Virus record (IMG/VR): IMGVR_UViG_2623620501_000013
Direction: 5' to 3' (one strand)
Source: a virus
Lineage: Duplodnaviria > Heunggongvirae > Uroviricota > Caudoviricetes
DNA length: 32,923 nucleotides
Both the position numbers and the translations under genes were made by a program. The number at the start of each line of letters is the position of its first letter. The first letter of the stretch is position 1. Below the pieces are notes generated by a model that was not told the DNA's origin, did no database searches, and saw only the letters and a program-made list of their open reading frames with translations. Below, one piece after another: positions 1 to 8,975 of this stretch.

Positions 1-1143
1 CAGCTGGAACTGGTGAGCAGTGCCCTGAAAGTGATCCGCACAGAACGGGTAAAAAAAGCCTGTACAAAATGTGACTGTATTGTTGAAGCACCGGCGCCGT
101 CCCGCCCGATAGAGCGTGGTATCGCGGGCCCCGGATTACTTGCCCGCGTGTTAACGGGAAAATACTGCGAACATCTGCCACTGTATCGTCAGAGTGAAAT
201 CTTTGCCCGCCAGGGTGTCGAACTGAGCCGGGCCTTACTCTCCAACTGGGTTGACGCGTGCTGCCAGTTAATGACACCGGTGAATGATGCCCTGTACCGT
301 TATGTAATGAACACCCGCAAGGTTCACACTGATGACACACCGGTAAAGGTACTGGCACCGGGTCAGAAAAAGGCGAAAACAGGGCGTATCTGGACGTATG
401 TCCGGGATGATCGCAATGTGGGTTCGTCATCTCCTCCAGCGGTCTGGTTCGCGTACTCGCCGAACCGGCAGGGGAAACACCCGGAGCAACACCTCCGCCC
501 CTTCCGGGGTATCCTGCAGGCGGATGCGTTCACAGGTTACGACAGGTTGTTCAGTGCAGAACGTGAAGGTGGTGCACTGACAGAAGTTGCGTGCTGGGCC
601 CATGCCCGGCGAAAAATCCACGATGTATACATCAGCAGCAAAAGTGCGACGGCAGAAGAAGCCCTGAAGCGAATCAGTGAACTGTACGCCATCGAGGATG
701 AAATACGGGGATTACCGGAGTCAGAGCGTCTTGCCGTCAGGCAGCAGCGAAGCAAAGTGTTACTGACGTCGCTGCATGAATGGATGGTGGAGAAGAATGG
801 TACGCTGTCGAAAAAATCCAGACTGGGCGAAGCGTTCAGCTATGTACTGAATCAGTGGGATGCCCTCTGTTATTACAGTGATGACGGTCTGGCGGAGGCG
901 GATAATAATGCTGCGGAAAGAGCGCTTCGTGCAGTCTGTCTCGGAAAGAAAAACTTTATGTTCTTTGGCAGCGATCACGGCGGCGAGCGTGGAGCACTGT
1001 TGTACGGGCTGATCGGCACCTGCCGTCTGAACGGTATCGATCCGGAAGCGTATCTGCGCCATATCCTGAGCGTACTGCCGGAATGGCCTTCCAACCGAGT
1101 TGACGAACTCCTGCCATGGAACGTAGTACTCACCAATAAATAA
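1..1143 (+). CDS. IS66-family transposase (TnpC-like), 5'-partial
   Basis: 376 aa visible; translation has the hallmark IS66 TnpC-like stretch (LPLYRQ..., TDDTPVKVL..., ILQADAFTGYD..., ADNNAAERALR). Reading frame is open to the window edge, so the N-terminus lies outside the window. Confidence 0.8.
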   Translation, partial: QLELVSSALKVIRTERVKKACTKCDCIVEAPAPSRPIERGIAGPGLLARVLTGKYCEHLPLYRQSEIFARQGVELSRALLSNWVDACCQLMTPVNDALYRYVMNTRKVHTDDTPVKVLAPGQKKAKTGRIWTYVRDDRNVGSSSPPAVWFAYSPNRQGKHPEQHLRPFRGILQADAFTGYDRLFSAEREGGALTEVACWAHARRKIHDVYISSKSATAEEALKRISELYAIEDEIRGLPESERLAVRQQRSKVLLTSLHEWMVEKNGTLSKKSRLGEAFSYVLNQWDALCYYSDDGLAEADNNAAERALRAVCLGKKNFMFFGSDHGGERGALLYGLIGTCRLNGIDPEAYLRHILSVLPEWPSNRVDELLPWNVVLTNK

Positions 1144-1175
1144 GCGTCAATACGGTGCTCCGTTGACGCTTACTT
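1..1175 (+). mobile_element. IS66-family insertion sequence, right-hand part (window starts inside the element)
   Basis: Transposase ORF is open from base 1 (in-frame QLELV upstream of the GTG at 13) and stops at 1143; it is followed by a 32-bp segment ending ...TTGACGCTTAC at 1175 (reverse complement GTAAGCG..., as I recall for IS66-family ends). Phage baseplate gene sequence resumes immediately after. Confidence 0.65.
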
Positions 1176-2175
1176 TTACATTATCTGACGGCATAATAAT
1201 TCGCCGGTCACTGACGCCAGAAATTAATGAAATCTGAGTTTCCAGTTGTGAAATAATTAATTCCTGCCCCGGCTCCAGCCGGTTCATAAAATCCGTGATA
1301 ACTTCAGTTATCTGTGGTTTTATCTGTTCAACAGTAAGACCACTGGTTTTTACCCGGACAACGAAATCAACGGCTTTTTTCGTCGGGGCCAGCACCATCG
1401 TGTCCTTCGCTGTCACCGGGCGGACTTCCTCAATATGTGCCAGCACGGCATTAATCAGTTCCTGCGAAGGGAGGTCATTGGCTGACGTAATGGCCACATC
1501 AACCGTCCCCAGTCCACGACGCAACGGCTCCACATACGCAGACGTAACGCCATCCACTTCCAGCGCCCAGCGTTTGTAATCATATTTATTACCGCCAGCG
1601 GGCGGCCTGCGCAGAATATCCAGATAACGCGCCAGCAGGTCGGCGTCGCTTTCCCTGTCCGTTCCGCCGGTCAGGGATTTAATCGTCACCGTGCTGTTGA
1701 TGCCTTCAGGTGGGCTGACCAGCGTTGCCGTCTGCGTCGTGGATGCATTCGTCTGTGCACCCGTGGCAGTGCTTTTTACCGTCACCTCTGCGCTGCCTTC
1801 ATCACCGACGGTGCAGTCTGCTGCGGTGGCCACGCTGACACCTTCACCACGAATTTCCGCACCGGCTGGCAGCGTCTTACCGGGTGTGCCGGTAATCACT
1901 GCCGGACCGGATGAGGCCGTTGCTTTTTTACGAAAAACATTGCGCGTGCGGCAGTGCAACTCCAGATATTCAGGGTCTGCCGTATCAGGAAACACCTGAC
2001 GGAGTATCCACCCCTGATGCATATACAGTCCGTCCGCCACGCCGGATACGGCATTTGCACGAATGCGGTAATCGCTGTCAGCACCGGTGTCGATGGTTTC
2101 GCCCGGCAGGGCGTTAGCGATATCACGTAGCTGGCGTTCTGTGTTTTCAGCAACGCCCGGAACAGGAAACGGCAT
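1147..2175 (-). pseudogene. Baseplate J-like protein (Mu gp47 position), 3' end replaced by IS66 sequence
   Basis: 342-aa ORF follows the gp46-like gene with TAATG overlap at 2175. The last 9 codons (VSVNGAPY-stop) are encoded by the IS terminal segment 1147-1175, so the native C-terminus is missing. Confidence 0.55.
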
Positions 2176-2525
2176 TACATAATCCTCACAGGGTGTTCAA
2201 ACGTCTGCGGTGTGCCCGCGTTATCCGTGACGGTGATTAACAGCAACAACCAGCCGCGCTGCCCCGGTTTTGTGTCAACGGTAATGGATTTTGCCCGCCC
2301 GTCATCGAGCAGGGGCTGAAGTGCCTGGCTGGCATACTGCGCCGCAAGCTTATGAACACGGGAAACGTCTTTTTCCCGCTTCAGCTCGTGCAGGCGTGAC
2401 CCCAGCGACGCATCCGCCCAGTAACTGCCAAGCGGCGTCGCCAGTCGCAGATAAACCGCGTTATGAAGGGTATAAATCCGACGGCGTTCGTAGTCGCCGG
2501 TTGCAGGTGAAATCGTCTGGTCCAT
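2175..2525 (-). CDS. Baseplate protein, Mu gp46-like (GPW/gp25-like)
   Basis: 116 aa, in the conserved position between the spike/V-like and J-like baseplate genes; start ATG at 2525. Confidence 0.55.
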   Translation of the reverse strand: MDQTISPATGDYERRRIYTLHNAVYLRLATPLGSYWADASLGSRLHELKREKDVSRVHKLAAQYASQALQPLLDDGRAKSITVDTKPGQRGWLLLLITVTDNAGTPQTFEHPVRIM

Positions 2526-2554
2526 GCCGCCAGTCTGGCAGCATGGACAGGTCA

Positions 2555-2582
2555 GAATCAGGTGAGGGTGTTCAGCACTTAA
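2555..2582 (-). promoter_or_regulatory. Copy 3 of conserved late-operon motif (core GGGTGTTCAGCAC on + strand)
   Basis: Core 13-mer at 2566-2578 is identical to the copies at 14482-14494 and 22641-22653. It lies between the gp45-like stop (2579) and the gp46-like start (2525). Confidence 0.4.
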
Positions 2583-3232
2583 TTAACCGGCGTGTCAGAC
2601 ATGCCGTGTGGGGTTGGATGTTTGTGCGTTCCGATTTTAACGCCATTAATGGTGACGTCAACGGAGGTAATCACTCCACCCACATGGTTGATATTGCCTT
2701 CAAAGGTGGCAGTGTATCCCTTGCCCCCACTGATGGCCATGCCACCGTTGCCGGTGATTTTGCCTTCCACCGTCAGCCTGTCACTGGCTGTCAGTAACGG
2801 TGTCGTGAATGTGGCGTTCTCCTCTGCCTCAACCTCGTAGCGTTTGCATTTCACGCGATAAACGTCACATTCGGTTTCAATAACCCGTCCGCGCTTCAGT
2901 ACGATTTTCGCGCCTTCATCGGTATACAGGGCCACTTCCCCGGGGTTCAGTTCCGTCAGACGATATGCGCCGTGCTCTGTGGCCACCACGACAGTATGGG
3001 AGGTATTGCCGTTCAGCGGAACGGCAATACCCATTGAGCCGGGCGGCGGGGATGTGGTGAGGCCGTAATGCTGAAAATACTCCGCACCGTCCAGCTGTTC
3101 GCCAGCCAGCCCGTTAAGCTGAAGCAGCTGTACTTTGGTCGAACTGTCCACCGTACCGGTCACCACCCTGAATGCCTGGCGAACGGCGGCCAGTGCCTGC
3201 TGTACGCGTTGATTAACTTTGTCCCACATCAT
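2579..3232 (-). CDS. Baseplate assembly/spike protein V-like (Mu gp45 position)
   Basis: 217 aa; synteny downstream of the P-like tail gene; translation has a gpV-like N-terminal region. Confidence 0.6.
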   Translation of the reverse strand: MMWDKVNQRVQQALAAVRQAFRVVTGTVDSSTKVQLLQLNGLAGEQLDGAEYFQHYGLTTSPPPGSMGIAVPLNGNTSHTVVVATEHGAYRLTELNPGEVALYTDEGAKIVLKRGRVIETECDVYRVKCKRYEVEAEENATFTTPLLTASDRLTVEGKITGNGGMAISGGKGYTATFEGNINHVGGVITSVDVTINGVKIGTHKHPTPHGMSDTPVN

Positions 3233-4440
3233 TTCTCCCAGACCTTAACAATGGCGACCTCTTTTTTCTTTTTGCCCCTGCGGTGATGGCGTTTCTTCTC
3301 GCGCGGGAAGGCATCAGGTATCCACACGCCGTCCTCCTTAAAGCGGAGCCGGGTTGTCTGCCCGTTCCGGCCTCCGCTGAACTCACGCCCCATCAGGAAA
3401 AAGATGGCATCAATGCCGTGGAGTTCGCTGACAATCCGCACCCGCTGGCCGGGCTGCCACAGAACACCATCTGCCGTGCGATGACCTGCAACCAGCGCGA
3501 CGATATCCAGCCCCGACAGGCGGGCATCACTCATCATTTTTTTTGCGCGCCAGTTCACCTGCTCCAGATTGCTGGTGTCGCCCTGGGTGATTATCTGCGG
3601 GCGGTAATAATCCACGGTGGGGTCGGTGGCAACGGCTTTCATGTTATGAATGCCTGTCTGGCCACTGTCCGTATTACCGCTGTCCTGCCCGGACAATGTG
3701 CGCACGCTGCCGTCCTCGTTCCAGATATCCAGCGGCACCACGGCCACCTGTTTCTTGCTGTCTGCGCGGCGGGCGTGGCTCTGGGCCAGCACAGTAAGTT
3801 CGGAGAAACAGCCGTTAATGGACCGGGTATCGTCCAGCTCCATCACGTTGTTCCCGGTGCCGTTCAGCTTCAGAATCAGCGTATCCACCGGCGTGGTGGT
3901 GTAGTCAGGGCCACCCACAACCAGCGTCCCGTCAGGCTCAAACCACGGCCATAAGCCGCGACCGGCGGCAGCTTTGGCCAGTGCATCCCACGCACGCATC
4001 CCAGGCTCAATAACAACTTTGTCATTACGTGACACACCGGACGCCTGTATACGGATGCGCTGTATCCCCAGTGGTCTGACTATCCTGTCGATGACCTCGT
4101 CCAGCGTCAGCTGATTGGCGCTGAACACCGGCGCGGCACAGTCCACCAGAATGGCAGCATCATCACGCCCGGACAGGGCCAGCGTGCAGCTCTGACGGGA
4201 CACACTGCGGCGCACGCTGTCTATGCGCCCACTGAGCACCGTTTCGTCTCCCACCTGCAACCGGATTTGTGCGCCCCGGACGATATCCGCCGGGAACACC
4301 TTTTCAGGCAGCCCCAGCTGAAGCTGCCAGCCGTCGGCAGCTTTCAGGAAATCGCTGTCAATACGATAACTGCTCCAGTCAGAATGCGACCTTCCGGCAA
4401 TGACCAGGCTGATTTTGTCTTCGTTATTTGGCGTAGGCAT
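3229..4440 (-). CDS. Tail protein P-like (Mu gp44; gpD-like baseplate hub)
   Basis: 403 aa; overlaps neighbours by 4 and 17 nt, typical of a late operon; position after the N-like gene. Confidence 0.55.
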   Translation of the reverse strand: MPTPNNEDKISLVIAGRSHSDWSSYRIDSDFLKAADGWQLQLGLPEKVFPADIVRGAQIRLQVGDETVLSGRIDSVRRSVSRQSCTLALSGRDDAAILVDCAAPVFSANQLTLDEVIDRIVRPLGIQRIRIQASGVSRNDKVVIEPGMRAWDALAKAAAGRGLWPWFEPDGTLVVGGPDYTTTPVDTLILKLNGTGNNVMELDDTRSINGCFSELTVLAQSHARRADSKKQVAVVPLDIWNEDGSVRTLSGQDSGNTDSGQTGIHNMKAVATDPTVDYYRPQIITQGDTSNLEQVNWRAKKMMSDARLSGLDIVALVAGHRTADGVLWQPGQRVRIVSELHGIDAIFFLMGREFSGGRNGQTTRLRFKEDGVWIPDAFPREKKRHHRRGKKKKEVAIVKVWEK

Positions 4441-5773
4441 TAATTACCACCCCGGCGGTTATGTTGTTCGGGTCACGTAACTGCGGGTTCAGGCGTTGCA
4501 GTTCTGCCGCACGACTGTAATCGCCGTACCACTGCCACGCCAGCAACAGCAGACAGCTGTCCGCCTGCACCTGTTTCTGCGTCAGCGGTGGGCGGCGTGA
4601 CAGAACCAGCAGGCCGACATCCTGCACGGTTGCCGCCACGTTTTTCATGCTCTGAATGATTTCCGGGTACATCAGCCCCAGCGGTGATGCGGTTTCGGTT
4701 ATCCGTTCGCGTTCGCCTTCATAGCGTTCACGGAACAGCGTGATGGCAGCCTGTAAGCGGGTGCGCACATCCCCGACCAGTCGCCCGATATCCGCCGGTA
4801 TAAGCTGTTCTGACTGCGCATCATCAACCAGTATCGCCATTGCAACACTGGCCAGTTCAGATGCGGCCTGTGTTGCGTAAACTGCTTTCACATCCTGCAC
4901 ATCGTCTGGCGAGGCATCCACAGGAAGTGCCACCTCCGCTACTTTATCGCCACTGACCAGGGTAACAGGCAACGCAACAAATTCATCCATATCAGTGATG
5001 ACCTTATTCCAGCAGTTCATCACTGTCGCAGAACTGGCGACGGTCGTCTCTCCTGCCAACCCGGTCCGGGTGGCAGAATCAACACGTTGCAGAACCTGCA
5101 CCGGTTGCCCGACATCTGATGTGTGGATTTCCAGCACCTCTGCCAGTTCATTGATAAATTTTCCGGGTTCGCCTGCCAGTGACACGATATTATCGACAGT
5201 GGAGACAAAATCACTTTTGAACGACAGCAGGGTATTCACCAGTGTGGCACGCACTGTCTGGGCTTTTTTAATCATGCTGTTAACGGTATTTAAAGGTGCA
5301 GTAACGGCATCAAAAAAATCACTTAACCGCGCCTGTAAAGTGTCCAGTTCATCAAACAACTGTTGCGCGAACAGCTCCGGTAACGGGGTGCTGAACAACG
5401 CGCTACCGGTGCGGTTTTCCAGAAAACTCATGTCAATGGTGCAGCTGTCCGGGCTTTCTGCGTCATGGCGGATGCTGTAGCCGGTCACAATCACCGACGG
5501 CACAGAGCCATAAACCGGATGAATCAGTTCACCATCGCCGCCTTCATCCAGGGCGGCGGTCAGTTTCCCGAGTTTATATTCATAGTCATCGCCCCACAGG
5601 AACGCCGTCATGCGGAACGGTCGCGCCTTGCGTCCGAGGTCGTGCAAATCCGCCCCGTCAACAAACGGGTATTCATAGACCGCATGGTCGCGGCTGATTT
5701 GTTCGTCAGTATTCAGCACCTCAAACTGCACGCCACGAAAGGAAGCGTTTTGCAGGTTTTCAGCCCAGCCCAT
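4424..5773 (-). CDS. DNA circulation protein N-like (Mu gp43)
   Basis: 449 aa immediately downstream of the tape measure gene (ATGA-type overlap at 5773); synteny with Mu N. Confidence 0.55.
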   Translation of the reverse strand: MGWAENLQNASFRGVQFEVLNTDEQISRDHAVYEYPFVDGADLHDLGRKARPFRMTAFLWGDDYEYKLGKLTAALDEGGDGELIHPVYGSVPSVIVTGYSIRHDAESPDSCTIDMSFLENRTGSALFSTPLPELFAQQLFDELDTLQARLSDFFDAVTAPLNTVNSMIKKAQTVRATLVNTLLSFKSDFVSTVDNIVSLAGEPGKFINELAEVLEIHTSDVGQPVQVLQRVDSATRTGLAGETTVASSATVMNCWNKVITDMDEFVALPVTLVSGDKVAEVALPVDASPDDVQDVKAVYATQAASELASVAMAILVDDAQSEQLIPADIGRLVGDVRTRLQAAITLFRERYEGERERITETASPLGLMYPEIIQSMKNVAATVQDVGLLVLSRRPPLTQKQVQADSCLLLLAWQWYGDYSRAAELQRLNPQLRDPNNITAGVVINAYAK

Positions 5774-8046
5774 CAGTAAGTTCCTCCCGTACCTCTGTTA
5801 CCGTCCTGAAGGTTGTATTTGTTCACTGCCTCCGCCACGACCTGACCATCGAGCACCAGTTGTGTGGTGAAATTAATGGGGCTGGCAGGTGGCCCCCAGT
5901 GCGTGAGGTATTCCGGCTGGGTGATGCGTCCGGGTTGAGTTGATGCCGGTTCAGGCTTTGTGTTTCCTGCGGCTTTGTTAACCTGCGCCGGTGATGGCAG
6001 GGCATCAGCTGCGGCTTTTTTCCTGTCTTCCTCCCAGCGCCTCAACCATTCTTCGTTTTCGGTGGAATAGCCTTCCCCAAACTGCCACCATGGCTGGTAT
6101 TTTTTGCGGGCGGCGTCGATTTCTTCCTGGGTGTATCGGGCGCGGATGCGTTTCCAGCGTTCTTCGCTTCCTTCGACGGCGGCGTCTTCCTCCGGGCTGG
6201 TTGCGGTGGCCAGTGCCGTAACAGTGCCACCTAAAGAAAGCAGGCCACCGGCAATACCGGGGAATTTAAATCCTTTGCCTTTTTTGACCGTGTTTTCAAT
6301 TACATCACCAACAACCTCGCCAGTCTTGCCACCGGGTTTACCCCCGGTCAGGATTTTGATCCCGGCCCATGTCAGAGCCGCTGCGGTCATCGCTTCAATC
6401 GCAGTTGTGGCACCCACCACCGCCGTGGTCAGCCCCGGAAACTTTTCACCCGCCCAGCTTATGGCATCGGCCACAGTACCGGACGCATCAGCCAGCTTTT
6501 TCATGCTGTCCATTTGTGAAAATTCAAGCGTGTTTTTAGCCTGTTCGGTTTTAAAATCATTGAGGCCGGATATGAATCTGAAATCAACATCCCCCGCGCG
6601 CTGGCCTTCCGGCAGGGTACGTTGCTGATTAATCGCGTCTTCAACCTTCTTACGGTATTCCGGGTTGTTACGGTAGGCTAACAACGCCATCAACGCCTGA
6701 CGGTCTGCAACCAGTTTCCCGACACCAAAGCCTTCAAGGAGTTTTGCCATCGAATCGTAAACAGCCGTCTGTTCACCTTTATCCCGGGCAGATGACAGTT
6801 TCTTTTGCAACTCCTGATAGCGTTTATCGCTGGCAACGATTTTATCTATCAGGCTGGAAAGCGCGTCTATCGGATCCAGCCCATGCTTGCGCGCTTCAGT
6901 CAGCGTACCTGAAAAATCAATCCCTTTACCGTTGTAATCAATGCTCTTTGCCGCAGTTTCAATATCATGGCTGGTCAGTTTAGCCAGCAGGTTAACCACG
7001 TTATTCCCTGCTTCATCACTGCTACCAGCCGTGATCGCGGCGGCTTCATTCAGCGCAAGAATCTTGACGAAATCATCCTTGCCTTTCATTCCCGCAGCTG
7101 ACGCAGATCCCATTTGTTGGGATAACCAGCGGGCCATATCGTTCAGTTCAAAGCTGCCTTCTTTTCCTGCCGCAATCGCCATATTCAGGACAGTGGAAAT
7201 ATCTTCATCCCGGAATCCAAAGGTCTTTTTGCCCTTAAGCATCACATTAGCCAGGTCTGTCGCTGATGCACCAGAAGCCGTGGCGTATTTCATCAGTTCA
7301 GGTAGCCACTTGCTGGCTGTGTCAAATGAAATACCGCCATCTTTCAGCAGGGCATCCAGTGTTTCGGCTGCATCCTCTTTTGTGCCGCCACCATAGGTCA
7401 CCGCGTTACGGATGCTGCTTTTCATCTGCTCAAGACCGGCTTTGCGCCCCTCCAGCCCGCCATCACTGAAGGCGGTATTGGCCATCATTGCCAGCTGGCG
7501 TTCGTAGCTCATCTGCTTTTTGACCGGCTGCGCCATAATGGCAGCACCTGCCGCGATACCACCACCTATTGTCACGGCATTCCCGCCAAATGCAGCCGCA
7601 CGCGCAAAACGCCCCCGTTCAGGGATAACAGGCGTTTTCGCCATCTTCATCTGAGCCTGAGTGACGCCATCCAGTTCACGCTTGAGTGCCCGGGCTTTTT
7701 CCCGGGTGGCCTGCATGGCGCGCTCCTGCTCCTGCGCAGATTCAAAACCGGCGCGGGCCAGACGGTTATAGCTGGCAACCGTCTGATAAATTTCACGCCG
7801 GATCTCGCGTTCTGCACGAATACCGAGCGTTTCCCGGGCACGGGCGGCACGCTGTATCTCTTTTGCCGCCTTTTTCGTGCTGTTAACGCTTTCCTGCCCG
7901 GTACGCGTCTGCTCTGCGCCTGCCTTCCGGGTTGCCTTTGTTACACCTTCGGTGGCTTTGATAACCTGTTTTTGTCCCTTTTCCAGAACCTGCGAGGCTT
8001 CGTCCTTCGCAGTCAGGGTCATGCCAACTTTGAAATTACCGGCCAT
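5773..8046 (-). CDS. Tail tape measure protein
   Basis: 757 aa, Ala/Gly/Lys-rich with long predicted helical regions; located between the tail chaperone and baseplate genes. Confidence 0.8.
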   Translation of the reverse strand: MAGNFKVGMTLTAKDEASQVLEKGQKQVIKATEGVTKATRKAGAEQTRTGQESVNSTKKAAKEIQRAARARETLGIRAEREIRREIYQTVASYNRLARAGFESAQEQERAMQATREKARALKRELDGVTQAQMKMAKTPVIPERGRFARAAAFGGNAVTIGGGIAAGAAIMAQPVKKQMSYERQLAMMANTAFSDGGLEGRKAGLEQMKSSIRNAVTYGGGTKEDAAETLDALLKDGGISFDTASKWLPELMKYATASGASATDLANVMLKGKKTFGFRDEDISTVLNMAIAAGKEGSFELNDMARWLSQQMGSASAAGMKGKDDFVKILALNEAAAITAGSSDEAGNNVVNLLAKLTSHDIETAAKSIDYNGKGIDFSGTLTEARKHGLDPIDALSSLIDKIVASDKRYQELQKKLSSARDKGEQTAVYDSMAKLLEGFGVGKLVADRQALMALLAYRNNPEYRKKVEDAINQQRTLPEGQRAGDVDFRFISGLNDFKTEQAKNTLEFSQMDSMKKLADASGTVADAISWAGEKFPGLTTAVVGATTAIEAMTAAALTWAGIKILTGGKPGGKTGEVVGDVIENTVKKGKGFKFPGIAGGLLSLGGTVTALATATSPEEDAAVEGSEERWKRIRARYTQEEIDAARKKYQPWWQFGEGYSTENEEWLRRWEEDRKKAAADALPSPAQVNKAAGNTKPEPASTQPGRITQPEYLTHWGPPASPINFTTQLVLDGQVVAEAVNKYNLQDGNRGTGGTY

Positions 8047-8208
8047 TTTTCTGTTTACCTTTTCTGCGTTTCTTTCTGAGGGATTTAAATGACTGGCGGG
8101 TGGTCTGTGAGGTGTCCTTTCTTCCTGAGCCGCCGCCGTTCAGCCTGTCAACGGCGGCAAGCCAGCCGTCCAGCTCGGGACGGCTCATGGTCATGATTTG
8201 TTCTTCGG

Positions 8209-8592
8209 TTATTCCGTAGCGCCCGAGGATAAGGACTGCGAGCCGGAGTCCGGCGAGCCGGGATTCCCGCCGCTCCGCTTTACCTTCAGGACGTTGCGTG
8301 ATGCCAGCAGAATATTAAAATCTTCCGGCGTCATGTTGTCGTGCAACAGCTCCGCCGTCAGTTCTTCCTGCGGAATATCCCCCAGACGGACCAGCGTTGC
8401 CGCCATTACCGCACAGCGGTAGTAATAATCCGCCGCGAAGCCGTCCACTGTCTGAAAGCGTTCTTCAGTTTCTTCCAGTGCCTGCCCGTTATCACGCATG
8501 ACCGGCAGACGCAGCTCAAAGTTTTTATGAATGGTGCCGTTAAAAACCAGACCATCGGACAGTTCGCCGGTCTGTGTAGCGATAATCGTCAT
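8209..8592 (-). CDS. Tail assembly chaperone (Mu gp41 position)
   Basis: 127 aa between the tube and tape measure genes. The -1 frame stays open from 8314 to the tape measure start, which would allow a frameshift-extended product. Confidence 0.5.
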   Translation of the reverse strand: MTIIATQTGELSDGLVFNGTIHKNFELRLPVMRDNGQALEETEERFQTVDGFAADYYYRCAVMAATLVRLGDIPQEELTAELLHDNMTPEDFNILLASRNVLKVKRSGGNPGSPDSGSQSLSSGATE

Positions 8593-8963
8593 CCTTCCAC
8601 CTTCCTGAGTGCAGCCATTTTGATATCAATTTTCGCTTCATTATCGACGGTGTATTTCTCACCCACTTCGGTTGTGAAGCAGTCCAGATAAGAGGTGCGT
8701 TTACCGCTGTTACTGAGCGGGTACAGCGAGATTTTCACACCTTCCAGATTTTCCCAGTCCGGCTCGTTGGTATCAGGAATAACCGCCGAAACGGACAGTT
8801 CGTAGGTGGCAATGCCACGGGCAAAGCCTTTAGCCCTGCCGGTTTTGTTCATGGTCTTGACCAGCTTTCGCCCGGTGTTGATCTGAACATCAAGGTCGGT
8901 GATCTCGATTTCCTGGCTGTCAATTTCCAACACAATCGAGCCGATATATTCTTTCAGGGACAT
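8589..8963 (-). CDS. Tail tube protein (Mu M-like)
   Basis: 124 aa directly downstream of the sheath gene with a 4-nt overlap onto the chaperone gene. Confidence 0.65.
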   Translation of the reverse strand: MSLKEYIGSIVLEIDSQEIEITDLDVQINTGRKLVKTMNKTGRAKGFARGIATYELSVSAVIPDTNEPDWENLEGVKISLYPLSNSGKRTSYLDCFTTEVGEKYTVDNEAKIDIKMAALRKVEG

Positions 8964-8975
8964 TTATCAGGCTCC

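Noticed and set aside
1141-1175. Palindrome TAAGCGTCAA-N12-TTGACGCTTA right after the transposase stop, initially read as an intrinsic terminator
   Set aside because: No U-tract follows it. It ends with the reverse complement of GTAAGCG exactly where phage sequence resumes, so it is better explained as the IS66-type terminal inverted repeat.
3283-3954. 223-aa plus-strand ORF, and similar plus-strand ORFs at 6104-6628, 18007-18651, 19568-20203 and 20241-20870
   Set aside because: They lie entirely antisense within long, well-supported minus-strand phage genes, have no convincing ribosome-binding sites and have Arg/Pro/Gly-rich composition typical of shadow ORFs in GC-rich DNA.
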